From positions 1 through 41,288 of the forward strand of contig JNEM01013501.1 in assembly GCA_000697335.1 (NCBI GenBank): a stretch of 41,288 bases of DNA, in the 5' to 3' direction. Numbering within the stretch: the stretch's first letter is position 1; each line of letters begins with the position of its first letter. This stretch comes from Conidiobolus incongruus B7586 (Eukaryota). Below the pieces are notes generated by a model. That model was not told where the DNA came from, made no database searches, and was given only the letters and a program-made list of their open reading frames with translations. Position numbers and translations under genes: made by a program. Positions 1 through 12,200 of the stretch are shown here, piece after piece.

Positions 1-1242
1 ATATATATAATATATAGGAAAATAAATATTTTTAAACTATATATATATATTCAATTTTAATTTTTTTTTATTAAAATATTTTGATTTTAAAATTTATACT
101 TAAATTTAATTATATTTAAACTAGATTATGATTATCAAAAGGTTTTTATTTTTGTATCTTTAAAACTTAATTATAAACCCTTTAAAATTATTTAAAACTT
201 GTAAATAGTTTATAAAGATTGTGTTTTATTTAAAACTACCATATATCACTAGATTTGTGATTTTAAAGTTAAAAGGGATATTATTTAAAATTTACTAAAA
301 TCTAAAAAATTAATTTCTATTGTTACTTTTTTACTTATTAATAAAGTAAAAAATATATATTAAGAAATACCTTTTTATTTTTGTTAAAGAACTATTAAAG
401 TAATTTAATATTAATTATACAAACATATTATATTTACTTAAGTTTAAACTTAGATTAATTAATAAAAATATAAAATAAATACCTTATAATTTAACAAAAG
501 CCTAAAAAAAATTAGAGTAGTTATAGCTAAACTAAACTTATTAAAGTATAACTAAAAACAAAAGTTTTTACAATAAATACCTATAATTAATAAATCTTAA
601 ATTTTTTTATATAATCCTTTATTTAAAAATAAAACAAGATGTTAGGTTAAGTTAAATTAATCTTTTCTACAAATTCTAATAAATAAACACTTTAAATATA
701 AACAAATGCTAATTATTATAATAGATTATAATGGTATATAGTTTTTTTATTTAATACCTTAAAGAAAATTAATTAATAGTAAGTTATATATTATTTTTTT
801 AAATAAAATAATTTTTAAATAGTGTTTTTAAATTAAATTAAAAACACCTATTATTTTATATAATAATTGTAAAATATATAAAGATAAAGCTATAAAAAAT
901 TTTTTATATAAAAAAATTAGAGGGAGTTACCACATCTAGTATATTCACCTGATTATAACCTATGTGATTATAATTGTTTTAGACAATTAAAAAAATAGCT
1001 TGCAGGAAAAAAAATTCCTGCAAACAAATTAAATTGGTTTGTAAAACATCAAATTTCAGTCTTTAATAAAAAGAATTGTTTTTTTAGGTATTAGAAGCTT
1101 ACCAAAAGTATAGAAAAGAGTTATTAATAATAAAGAAGGCTATTAATTTTATATTATTTATTAATTTTTATACATTATTTATTAATTTATTTGTTTAATT
1201 TTAATTTTAAAATTGTGTTATTACTTAATTTCTACACTAATA
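1..1242 (+). mobile_element. mariner (DD34D) DNA transposon relic, copy 1; left end lies outside the window
   Basis: Decayed transposase motifs are readable. 476-493 TAA ATA CCT TAT AAT TTA = (W)IP(H)NL, the WVPHEL motif. 583-600 ATA ATT AAT AAA TCT TAA = (T)I(D)(E)S(W), first D. 847-870 PIIL(H)(D)NC, second D. 924-1013 ELPHLVYSPDYNLCDYNCFRQLKK*LAGKK = mariner HPPYSPDLAPxDY..F..LK..L.GK. 1087-1146 GIRSLPKV*KRVINNKEGY*. TIR-like end ATTACTTAATTTCTACACTAATA to 1242. Confidence 0.9.
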
Positions 1243-3642
1243 ATATATGAAGTATTTTTGAGTATTGAAAATGACAAATAAAAATCAATGTTCTAAATTA
1301 CAAGTAACAACTAACTTACAATGGAAATAGTAATTTAGGTAATATATTTTATTCAATACCATAATTGTTATAATAAATATATATCTCATCATCAATTTCC
1401 TTTAATAATTTTGCATTTGGGTTAGTAATTTGTTATTCCAGTTTTATTAATTTTTATTTCTATCAATCTATCAAAATTATCATATAGTTCTAACTTAAAT
1501 TCCCAAATTGCTTCAAAACATGCTAACAATTTGCTATTTTTCATCTTTCTGAACTTATTTTTAAATATTTAATAATTTAGTTAGAGATAAAAAAATATTA
1601 ATAATAATAGATTCTTTCATCAAAATTTGTATTTAATTACTTCCAGTTATAAATATCTATCAAATTTGATTGTTACGAAATATTTGTCATTAAAATACTC
1701 CAATCAAAAGTATTTATAAACTTTAATATATATTGATATCAAATTTTATCATTGCTATGATATAATTTGAAATATCATTAAAGATATACCTTCCTTCAAA
1801 CCAATTAATAGAATTTATTAATTGATAATATTGATTTGAATTTGATATGAATTCATTGCTAAAACTTTTGAAACTTCAGAAAATTATACTAACAAATTTT
1901 GAAATATTAATTTTCTTGGCCTTAATTAAAAAATTAGGATATTTGTAAGGATTAGATTTGATTAAATTAAATGTTAATTAGGAGATTTTGAATTTAACCT
2001 TTTTGGTTTTAAAATAATTAAATATACTTTAAAGCTATTCTATAACTATGAAAGATTCAAATATACCAATGATATATTTCAAGTTAGATAATATTGGCAA
2101 TGGAAACAAATATCTTTTAATTGATTAACGTATAATTACGTATTACAAAATTGAATTCTTGATTAATATTTGTGGCAACAGTTAGATTTGGTAACCAGTT
2201 TTAATGGTTGAGGTATAATTAATTTAATCTCATGCCAAAGATCCACGATTTTACATTAGATTAAATTATCATTTCCTTACCTCACTGATATATGTATATA
2301 AACTTGAAAAATTGATCCAATATTTCATATTGGCAAGCTACAGTATTGAGTGCAGAATATTAATCATGTATTAGATAGAACAATAACTTCCCATTTTCAA
2401 AGTCTTAAGCATCCAAGAATTACAAATCTAGTGACAATATTTTCCAATCAATGGATTTTCGAACCAAAGCATTTCTTTAATTAATTATTTAACAAATTCC
2501 GAATTTAGTGATATCAAATAACAGGTGAAATAATAATCAATCATAATCATTATGAAATAATTGAGTAATAATGATAATAAATCTTAAAGTAATACATATT
2601 TAAATGTAGCTAGTTAATTTAAAATCAATTATGTGAAAATTAGAATATAAATAATTTCAGATATATATATCAAATACTGGATTAATTAAAAAAAATATAG
2701 TTTGATTTAAATTGAAATCCAAAATAGGATATACAAAATTATATGCCATGATTTGAGTCCTATTTTTTTTTCTTAATTTTGTATAATTTATTATTTATGT
2801 TGAATAATCTAATCAAATTTATAGATTGATAATGATATTTTCTTTAAATTATATTAAGGAATCAAATGTGATGAAGTCATAATTATTTAAGCATGTCAGC
2901 GACAAGTACTCAATTTAATATAATATGATATTTCCTCAACTTAAATTTAACCAGTATAAGTCTGTATAATATAAATATAGCATATTTATATTATAATATG
3001 GTATGATTTTAGCAATATGTGGCATTGAAGAAATTCTAATATAGAGATGGAAATCTAATATCAAATTCATTCATCAATAATGCATGATAGTTTATTTATT
3101 CATTTTATTTACAATAAAAGACATTAATACTCTTCATCCTATATATTGATCCAAGGTTATTCCATATACATTCATATACCATTTTTAAGTCACAAAGATG
3201 CCCTTGCTCCTGGAAATATGAATAATCTCTAATGTTTTAGATAATGTTACACATATACCTATAATTAGTATACCTTTTAATCTTTGTCAGAATGTTTAAA
3301 TGAGCTAAAATTTATTTGGTTTATTTTTTCATTAAAAGTAAAACGTGCATAAATTGGAGAATTTACATGTTGAACATGGTTATAAGGAGAGTGAAAATAC
3401 CCTACTTTTATTCCAATTAAGTTGAAATGTGGAGATAATCCTCTACTCCACATGCTAAATTTTAATTGACAGAATATTCAGTTTATTTTGAATAGGCTAC
3501 TTGTCTAGGTATTGAATCAAGTATTATAAGGATAAGTTTGTTTAGATAAATTGGGTCATAATTGTTGATTTGATCTTCACCCACTCATTATGAGTTGCTT
3601 AATTAATCAATTAATTTCATCCAAATTTTCACTGGAAGAAGA

Positions 3643-3653
3643 TCATATATAAA
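3643..3653 (+). promoter_or_regulatory. putative TATA box of the GH5 gene
   Basis: CATATATAAAC about 110 nt upstream of ATG 3761; the AT-rich background makes this weak. Confidence 0.3.
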
Positions 3654-3760
3654 CAGGCATAATCTCATCAATGAGCTCGTTTATTTTAATTATTAAAAAT
3701 CTCACTCTCATATTTATTGAGTGATTTGATTATTTAATATTGGCAATTCTTATTAGCAAC

Positions 3761-4978
3761 ATGAAGCTATTCTCTCCACTATTATCCTTGGCTTTTATGC
3801 TCACTGTGAGCTCTGTAGTAGCTCAAAAGATTAGAGGTGTCAATCTTGGTGGGTGGTTGGTTCTTGAACCCTGGATTACTCCCAGTTTATTCGATTCATA
3901 TCTTGGCCAAAATCCTGAACCAGTTGATGAATACACATTTTGCGAGATTTTAGGCAAAGAGGCTGCTTATACAAAGTTAAAGGCACATTGGGATAGCTGG
4001 GTTACTGAATCTCACATTGCCGAATTGGCAAGCGCAGGAATTAACAATGTACGTATCCCCTTCGGCTATTGGGCTATTAGTTATAGAGAGAATGAGCCCT
4101 TCGTCAATGGATCCTTCCCTTATCTTGTTAAAGCCGCCAGATGGGCTAAAAATTACGGAATCCAGGTGACTTTGGATTTACATGCTGTACCAGGCTCTCA
4201 GAATGGCTTTGATAATAGCGGACGTCGTGGGGACATTACATGGTTTTCAAGTGAAGAAAACATCTCAAGAGTGGTTGAAGCCCTAGCTCGCCTCGCTAGT
4301 TATTTTAATACTCCTGAATTCCATGGAACTGTTACTGCTATTGAATTGGTCAATGAACCAGCCTTTTGGGGCCTAGATTTGAATCGTTTAAGGAAGTTTT
4401 ATACTGACGCTTATGCCGCTATCCGTGAGAAGCATCCAACGATTACTATTGTTTTGCATGATGCCTTCAGACCATTGTCTGAATGGAACTTTTTAGCAAG
4501 CAGTGGAATGACCAATATTATTTTAGATACACATATCTATCAGGTGTTTAGCAATGATGATCAGAAGCAAACTTTAGCACAACACTTAGCCAGGCCTTGT
4601 ACTAGAAGGGCTGACCTTGGAGAAATCAACAAATATGTACGAACTGTCGTCGGTGAATTCTCTCTTGCCAATACTGACTGTGCCAGATGGCTCAATGGTT
4701 TTAATAAGGGATCTCGCTACGAAGGCACACTTCCCGATAGCACTCCTGCTTGCCCTACATGCAAATGCCAAGTTCATAATAACATTGGCGAATATGATAC
4801 TGAAAAGCGTGAATTCTTGAAGTCATTTGCTAGGCAGCAAATGGCAGTATATGAGACTAGTGGATCAGGCTGGTTCTTCTGGAACTTCAGAACTGAAGCC
4901 AGTCCCGATTGGGATTTCTTACTTGGTGTCAGGGAAGGATGGATTGATTTGAAGCAAACTCTTTCCCCATCATGCTAA
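3761..4978 (+). CDS. EXG1: secreted glucan 1,3-beta-glucosidase / exo-1,3-beta-glucanase, GH5 (Exg1-like), 405 aa, intronless
   Basis: ATG at 3761 (the ORF track starts at an upstream TTG). Signal peptide MKLFSPLLSLAFMLTVSSVVA. Motifs IRGVNLGGWLVLEPWITPSLF, VRIPFGYW, DLHAVPGSQNGFDNSG, catalytic NEP and GEFS, and GWFFWNFRTE. Confidence 0.93.
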   Translation: MKLFSPLLSLAFMLTVSSVVAQKIRGVNLGGWLVLEPWITPSLFDSYLGQNPEPVDEYTFCEILGKEAAYTKLKAHWDSWVTESHIAELASAGINNVRIPFGYWAISYRENEPFVNGSFPYLVKAARWAKNYGIQVTLDLHAVPGSQNGFDNSGRRGDITWFSSEENISRVVEALARLASYFNTPEFHGTVTAIELVNEPAFWGLDLNRLRKFYTDAYAAIREKHPTITIVLHDAFRPLSEWNFLASSGMTNIILDTHIYQVFSNDDQKQTLAQHLARPCTRRADLGEINKYVRTVVGEFSLANTDCARWLNGFNKGSRYEGTLPDSTPACPTCKCQVHNNIGEYDTEKREFLKSFARQQMAVYETSGSGWFFWNFRTEASPDWDFLLGVREGWIDLKQTLSPSC

Positions 4979-5913
4979 AAATACAATTATCATATAGATA
5001 ATTTATATAATTTAATATTCACACTTTTAATCTTAATATATTCTTTCATACATAATAAAGATTGAACAGATTATGTTTAATATTTAGAGTTTTACTGTTA
5101 TTTATCAATAATGTTTAATTAAAATAAAATATATATCAACAATTAAACAAATCTGATATAAACTGTTAATGAATTAATGATTTAAGGTGAATATTTTATA
5201 ACGAAAAATCTAAGCAATTGATATTATTTAGAAGGCGGCTGCAATATTAAAATTAATCAAAAAAATGTAATATTTTAAATGAGTAATAATCTAATCATAA
5301 ATAAAAATTCCAAAAAATTATTAAATATATGGAAAGTGAGCAGCTAATGTTAAATAAAAGACTTAGAATGGCTCGATAGGGGGATTACTATGTGTGTCGG
5401 CGTGATAATATTGTAAGCAATTATAATCCGATCAAGAAAATTTATTTTTATATAAAATTGGATGATAAATTCTTTGTATACGTTAAAACAAAAAATTTAT
5501 TCATTTCGTTAATTATATTATAAACTGGAATATTAAATATGTATGCTATTTAACTATTTAACTCTGAATATTATAACTTTAACTTGATTTTTCTATTATA
5601 TATTTATATATTTCTTTAACCGCTTGATAAATATCTTAAATTTGAAAAAACAATGTAAACTAATGATATGTTACTATAAACTTAAAAATCCATAAAACTA
5701 TAATTGTATTGTGTAAATTTGGGAAAATAAATCAAATAAGTAATGTGATTATTATATATATATATATATGTATCAGAATTAGTAAATATTTAAATCATCA
5801 ACTTAATCTTAATTTCAATTATTAATATTCATCAATCAACTCCTACATCAAATACTAAATTGGTATTTTAAATACTTATTTATAATTAGGAGAAAATAAC
5901 TATATTGAGAGAC

Positions 5914-5945
5914 ATATATATATATATATGTGTGTGTGCGTGTGT
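5914..5945. repeat. compound (AT)n(TG)n microsatellite
   Basis: ATATATATATATATATGTGTGTGTGCGTGTGT read directly. Confidence 0.8.
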
Positions 5946-7641
5946 ATTCGTTATAAATTTATTATCTAATATCAAATCAAATACTGATATTAATATCTTA
6001 TAATTTCAATTATTTTATTATAATTGAAATTATATTTAATTAATTCGTTTATGAAGTGATATTGTTAATAGAAGATTGAAAATGATTTCATAAAACATAT
6101 TAAAGGTTTTATTATAATTTTTAATTGCCATGCATATTAACATTAATATAAATGAAATGATCTTTTTAAGCATGAATAAATAATATTTAAATCATAAAAA
6201 CATGAACTAATCTAAAATATATAAATTCATTGAATTATATTATTTATATCTATTATTTCAATTTAATATTATATTAATTATAGTCTAAATTATAATATAT
6301 CTGATCATTATATATTAACAATAAAATTAAGTATATTTTTAATATTTATATTGTAATTTAAGAGGAAATTTATTAAAAAACTATAAAATTTATATAATAA
6401 ATTTGACTAAATATTATAGAAATATAATATGATTAGCAAATAATTTAATTCAAAATAGATAATTACACTTTGTTATTGATATTTTGATAATTTTTATATG
6501 ATATTTATATGCCTAATGGATTCAAATTAAATTGAAATTCTATGAATTATTCTATAATTTGTGATTATAATTATATATATAACCAATTAATATAATTTCA
6601 ACTAGATTATATTTAAATTTTAATAAATTAAAATCAATATAAAAAAAACTATTAGAGTGTATTAAATCAAATTTATTTAGAATTATCAATTATAATTTTG
6701 TTATATTGATTTCAAAAAAATTTAGATATATTGAATATTTTATAATAAATTTTTGATTTGATAAAATAAATAATATAATATTGCACATATTTATTAAAAT
6801 AATAATATTTTAATAAAGTAAATTTTATTCATTATTAAATTCTTATTAAGTAAACGATATCAAAGAAACCATATATTTAATCTCTTTTGAATAATTGAAT
6901 TTTTCATTTAAATTAAAAAACTAAATATTTACATTTTATTAATAAAATATATTGATCACTTAAATGCTGATGTTACTAATCGATTTGTGCACAAAAATGG
7001 AATTGTACTAAGAGGATAGGGTGTCAGCTTCATAACGTTGACAAATAAGATACAAAAATATAATCAATAAAGCATATAGAAATCTCAAGATTAAGAACTA
7101 GAAAATGTGTAATTGTAAATTGAGATCGATTAAATTAATCAAGAATGAGTTATCAGATGGATGTTGATAGAAATGACTATCAAATTTCAGTTTAGTTCTT
7201 TTTTGAAAGTCATTGTTTATATCAAATTGGAAATTAAATTTTATAAACAATCCATTAAATAAAAATCATTTGAGTTAATAAATCTAACTAATATAAATTT
7301 ATAGGTGCATGTGTGAGACTGATGTAATATTAAATATAAATTAATATATATAATAAGTTGAAAATCAAATTAAACTTATAATTAATAATAAAATATAATG
7401 AATTGAATTTTAGAAAATATTATTATTAATTAGAAAAAATCAAATTTTTTCTATCTAATAATGTAATTTAATTGTTCTGGAATTTGAATAAAATTTGTAT
7501 TGATATATTATTAGAGGACAATTTGTGACTTGATAATTAAATTTACTCCTAAACCCATAATAACTAATTTTATTCTCCAATATTTATTAAAGCTATAATG
7601 GAAACAATCAAGGCTGAATCAAGCACTCGATTGAACTAAAA

Positions 7642-8509
7642 ATGAATATATTGATCAAATATCTCTCTTTCATCATTTTATTGACACAAATATTTTGTTC
7701 AAAAAATCCATCTCATGTCCATCAAATAACCGATGATAATTTTAACCAATTGACTCAAGGAAAAAACAAGGGAACCTGGTTAATTAAATTGTAAGTGATA
7801 TTATATCCTCCATCTAATTTAAACTAACCATATATTTTTTAGATATGCTCAAAACTGTGGAGCTTGTCGTTCATTTGCTCCCATTTTTGAGCAATTAGCC
7901 CAAGAAATTGCTGAAACTTCTAATGATATTCACTTAGGGGAGGTTAATATTGAAAAAAATAATGCTCTTAGTATGCAATTTTTCATTACTAGAGTTCCTA
8001 CTATGTACCTCATTCAAAATAACAAAGGTATTATTCAGTTTACTCCTATCTAATCTTATATTTAATTTGTTTGTTTAGCTTATAATGTTACTGAAATTCC
8101 TCGTCAATTGGAACCTTTAAAAGAATATTTACTTGAAAAGCAATATCTTAAACAAAAGCCTATTTCTGGTTTTTTTAATCCATTTGGTTTTGTGTAAGTA
8201 TAAATTATATATTACTATAGATCAATAATATTCAATTTTTTTTCGATATATATATAGTGCCTTAGGTTTTTCATATCTAGGAGGATTAGGAAATCAGTTA
8301 GCTAAATTATCACAAGTAGCACCGTAAGTATTAAACTATATCAATTATATCAAATAATACTAATAATTTTGTTTAGTACTTGGGTTCTCCTTAGCATTCC
8401 CTCCTTTTTAATTTTTATTGGATTTTATTTCATTTTCAAGCCTCCTACTGATGATAGAAGACCTATTACACAACCCACAAATACTCGAGTTTCTAAAAAG
8501 CTTAAATAA
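7642..8509 (+). CDS. TMX-like ER membrane thioredoxin-domain protein, 5 exons, ~215 aa (absent from the ORF track)
   Basis: Exons 7642-7790, 7843-8027, 8079-8193, 8258-8323 and 8377-8509 join through GT-AG introns of 51-64 nt into 648 nt in frame. Signal peptide, HQITDDNF..TWLIKLYAQNCGACRSFAPIFEQLA..LGEVNIEKNNALSMQFFITRVPTMY thioredoxin fold, TM helix WVLLSIPSFLIFIGFYFIF, C-terminal KKLK dilysine ER-retrieval signal. Confidence 0.9.
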
Positions 8510-9250
8510 TGTCTCTGTTAAAGTGTTTATTTAATAAAAGCATACCATCATCTTTAACTATTTATCTTCGAGATATTACATTAAGTTTTTTAATATGATA
8601 ATGTTACTTATAATATTTGATATATACTTTAAATTTTTTATTTTGGTAAGTATTTTACTAATTCATATATTAAATTTACTAATATTTTTATAGCATTAAT
8701 CATCACTTTTTAAATGGAATACTTAAAATATAGATCAAAGTGAAATGATTAATTTTTTATTGTTAATTTACTGAAATATAATTGAATATAATTATGATTC
8801 ATTTTGAAAATTAACAAACTCTTAATTATGAATCTATTAAAGTATATATTGAATAAACCAATTTGTGAAATAAATTAAAACTAATTAAAAAAATTATATT
8901 TTAGAGATATCAAAAGCTAAATATATACAATAAATATTTTTTTTCCAAATTTAAATCCAATTGATAAAATTCTTAGTATTAAGCAAAATTTACAGTCTGA
9001 AATATCAATTTATTAATAATGTAAATATAATGTTAATAAATGATAATATTTTAAATTTTTTAACCATATTAATTAATAATAAAAATATAAAGAAAAAAAA
9101 ATAAATTATATATTAGTATTCTTTTATCATATAGTAACTTAATACTCTTAGTTCATAAATTAATTTCTATTATACTGTCATTTTAATTTTTATATCTTTG
9201 AAATTAAAAAATTTATGAAAATCAAGCAAAAATTATAAAAAAAAATTAGA

Positions 9251-9256
<6 letters not shown>

Positions 9257-9288
<32 letters not shown>
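9257..9288. repeat. (AT)16 microsatellite
   Basis: Uninterrupted AT dinucleotide run. Confidence 0.85.
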
Positions 9289-9292
<4 letters not shown>

Positions 9293-12200
9293 AACAATAG
9301 AGAGAAAAAATATTGTAAAGTGATATTATTGCCCATTTTGTATATGTTTATTATTAATTATATTGTTTATTTGAGTTGGATTATTGACATTACATATATA
9401 TATATATTCTGAATTTATATTTGATAATAATTCTAATTGTACTAAATTTGTGTTAAGGTAGTAATAGTTAAATAACCCAGTTGATTTAAATAAATTCGAT
9501 TTTAACCAAAGTACAATTTTCTTTATATAAATACATGAAGATGTTATATTTATACTATATCTCATTATACAGGAAATTCTTGTTACAATTTAAAAAATTT
9601 GATATTAAATAGCTCTAAAATGACAATGTAATAAGTATCATTAATCAAATAAAAATAGAAGTATAATTAGATCTTACTATACATTTTTGTTTAACAACAT
9701 AGTTTCTTTAATACTAGGTTCACTATTATGATTCTATTATTCTATAAATCAAAATTATTAAGAATTATAAATTACACTATAACTGAATTGAAATATCATT
9801 GATTATCTAAATATTTAGGATTCAGTTTGATGAAAGTCTGAAGTTAATATAAAAATTTGAATGAATAAATATTAAAGAAAACGGTGATATAATACAAATA
9901 TATCTCCAATATTAAGGTCTATTTAATCTTTAAAATCACTTTAGTAATTGATAGATTAACTGAATATTAATTTAACATAATTAATTTTATATTATTAAAA
10001 TAATTTGAATTATTCAACAGGTATCATACAATTAAATTTCAGATAAAAGAGGATAATTATTAAATTGAAATTTTGAATCAAAAAAAATTCACATTTTTAT
10101 TTGAATGCTGGTATTTTAATAGGACTAAATATCTTATACGCTGAAACTATGTGATATTGTAATAAAAACCCAAAATGTTTTAATTATTACCATTTAAATA
10201 ATCATTTTATAATCTATAGCTTATATAATTGTAATTATTTAGGTTATTAAAAGTAATAATTAATTAATATCTGATAAACATGATAATATAATATAATATA
10301 ATATTGTTTGAATTACACAACTAATTAATATAAAAAATATCAAAGAATGGATAATTTTAAAGTTGATCAAATTGATAATCGAAATGATTTAAGCTAATTT
10401 CCTAATGTTCGATAATCAATATAGTAAACAATTTTGAAAATTAATATGAGAATGACTAATTATAACTAATATGAAATTTTGATGAATACAAATATTAATT
10501 ATAACCGTATAATAATTAATTGGTTTAGTACAATAAGCCAAAATTAAGGTTTTATGACATATCTAATGCAAATCGATATGATCTTTAAGTATGATTTTTA
10601 TCCGTAAAAATATGAAATTTAGCATGAATTTAATTGAATCGAGCATGATATTGACATACTGTTTCAAAATGATTTTATACCTAATTATACCTTATTAAGA
10701 ATACATTTTAGTCTTATTGAATTTGATATTTTAATCTAATATTGAATATACATATATATATATTGAAAATACGTATAATATTAAAAAACTCAAAAAATAT
10801 GTTGAATACACATCAAATGGTCAAGGCTCCAATATTTGAAATCAATTTAGATTGAAATGTAATTAAAAATCACAATGGAAATATAGAATAATAATAATAA
10901 TAATAAAATTATGATCAAATATATATTATTGTATTAGGATAATTTAAGTTTGTTATAGAACTAAAATCATTATATTTTTTGACTATTATAGTTAAATATT
11001 AAAGAAATATGAAAACAAAATTAAAAGTATATATTTAGATAATATTATCTGAAAGACAATAAACAAGATGGATAATAACAAGGACTCAATTAAATTAAAT
11101 GACCAATTTGGATAATTAATTTCAAAAAGGAATTAGAAAGAGGTGACATGCATATTTTTGAGTGTTACAAAATCCAACAATTTTAAATTTTTTTATGCAA
11201 AACTAATAATTAAAATTGAATCATGAATGGATCAATTATCATCATTTTTAGACTTTATTAAAACTATTCAAAACTATATACCATTATATATTTATTATGA
11301 TGTTTATTCTTCAATATTTTATTTAAAACATATTTTCCTTTGTCTTATTATTATCAATTTATTCTTTTTTATTCAAATTATTATTATTATTATTATTATT
11401 ATGGAAATAAATCCGGATTAATGATCGCATGATTTCATTGGCTATAGTAAGTTAATAAAAAATTTAAACAAAATATTCACTATTAATTTGATCAAAGAAC
11501 AATAATCTATAAAAATATAGTTATGACATGTAATTATATTTCAAGCATATTGGAAAAATATTAGTAAAAAGGATTTGTTGTTTTATATTTCAAAAGCTTT
11601 AATTGATAATTTTAGTATTTCCATAACATGAATATATAAATATAATGGAGTATGATGTATTATAATATATAAATGAGTGATATAAAGTTAGTCATTGAGA
11701 ATGGTGGATGAGTATGTTTAAGAGAAAGGAACACAATCCATTCAAATCAAAAACTATCGTCTCTTGTCATATTAATCAATGAAATCATGAGTTAGTAAAA
11801 TTGTTGATATTGAAATTCTGTTTGAGGTTAGACTTTGAGTATAAAGGATATAAGGATGTTAAATATATCATTTCGGCATCAATTGATTATCTCATGCTCA
11901 TGTCTATTTGTTATAATGGATGGCCCAAAATTCTTGTCTGAACTGGGTACAATAAGAAATTAAAGGTTGATTCTTAATCAAACATATTAACTATCCATAA
12001 ACGTACCAATTTCCGTAGAAAAGAATGAAATGTGGCAATTGATAAAATTAAATAATCTAAACATAATTATATTAAATATAGTTAATGATAATTCCATATA
12101 TATAATACATTAAAAATATGATATAAATTGGTATATATTTGATTGAGATTGCAAGTCAAATGGAACTAATATTGATTGAACAACAACTAAATAACAAACT

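Noticed and set aside
1270..2120. Possible decayed gene on the minus strand
   Set aside because: Only short stop-ridden frames, with no identifiable motif.
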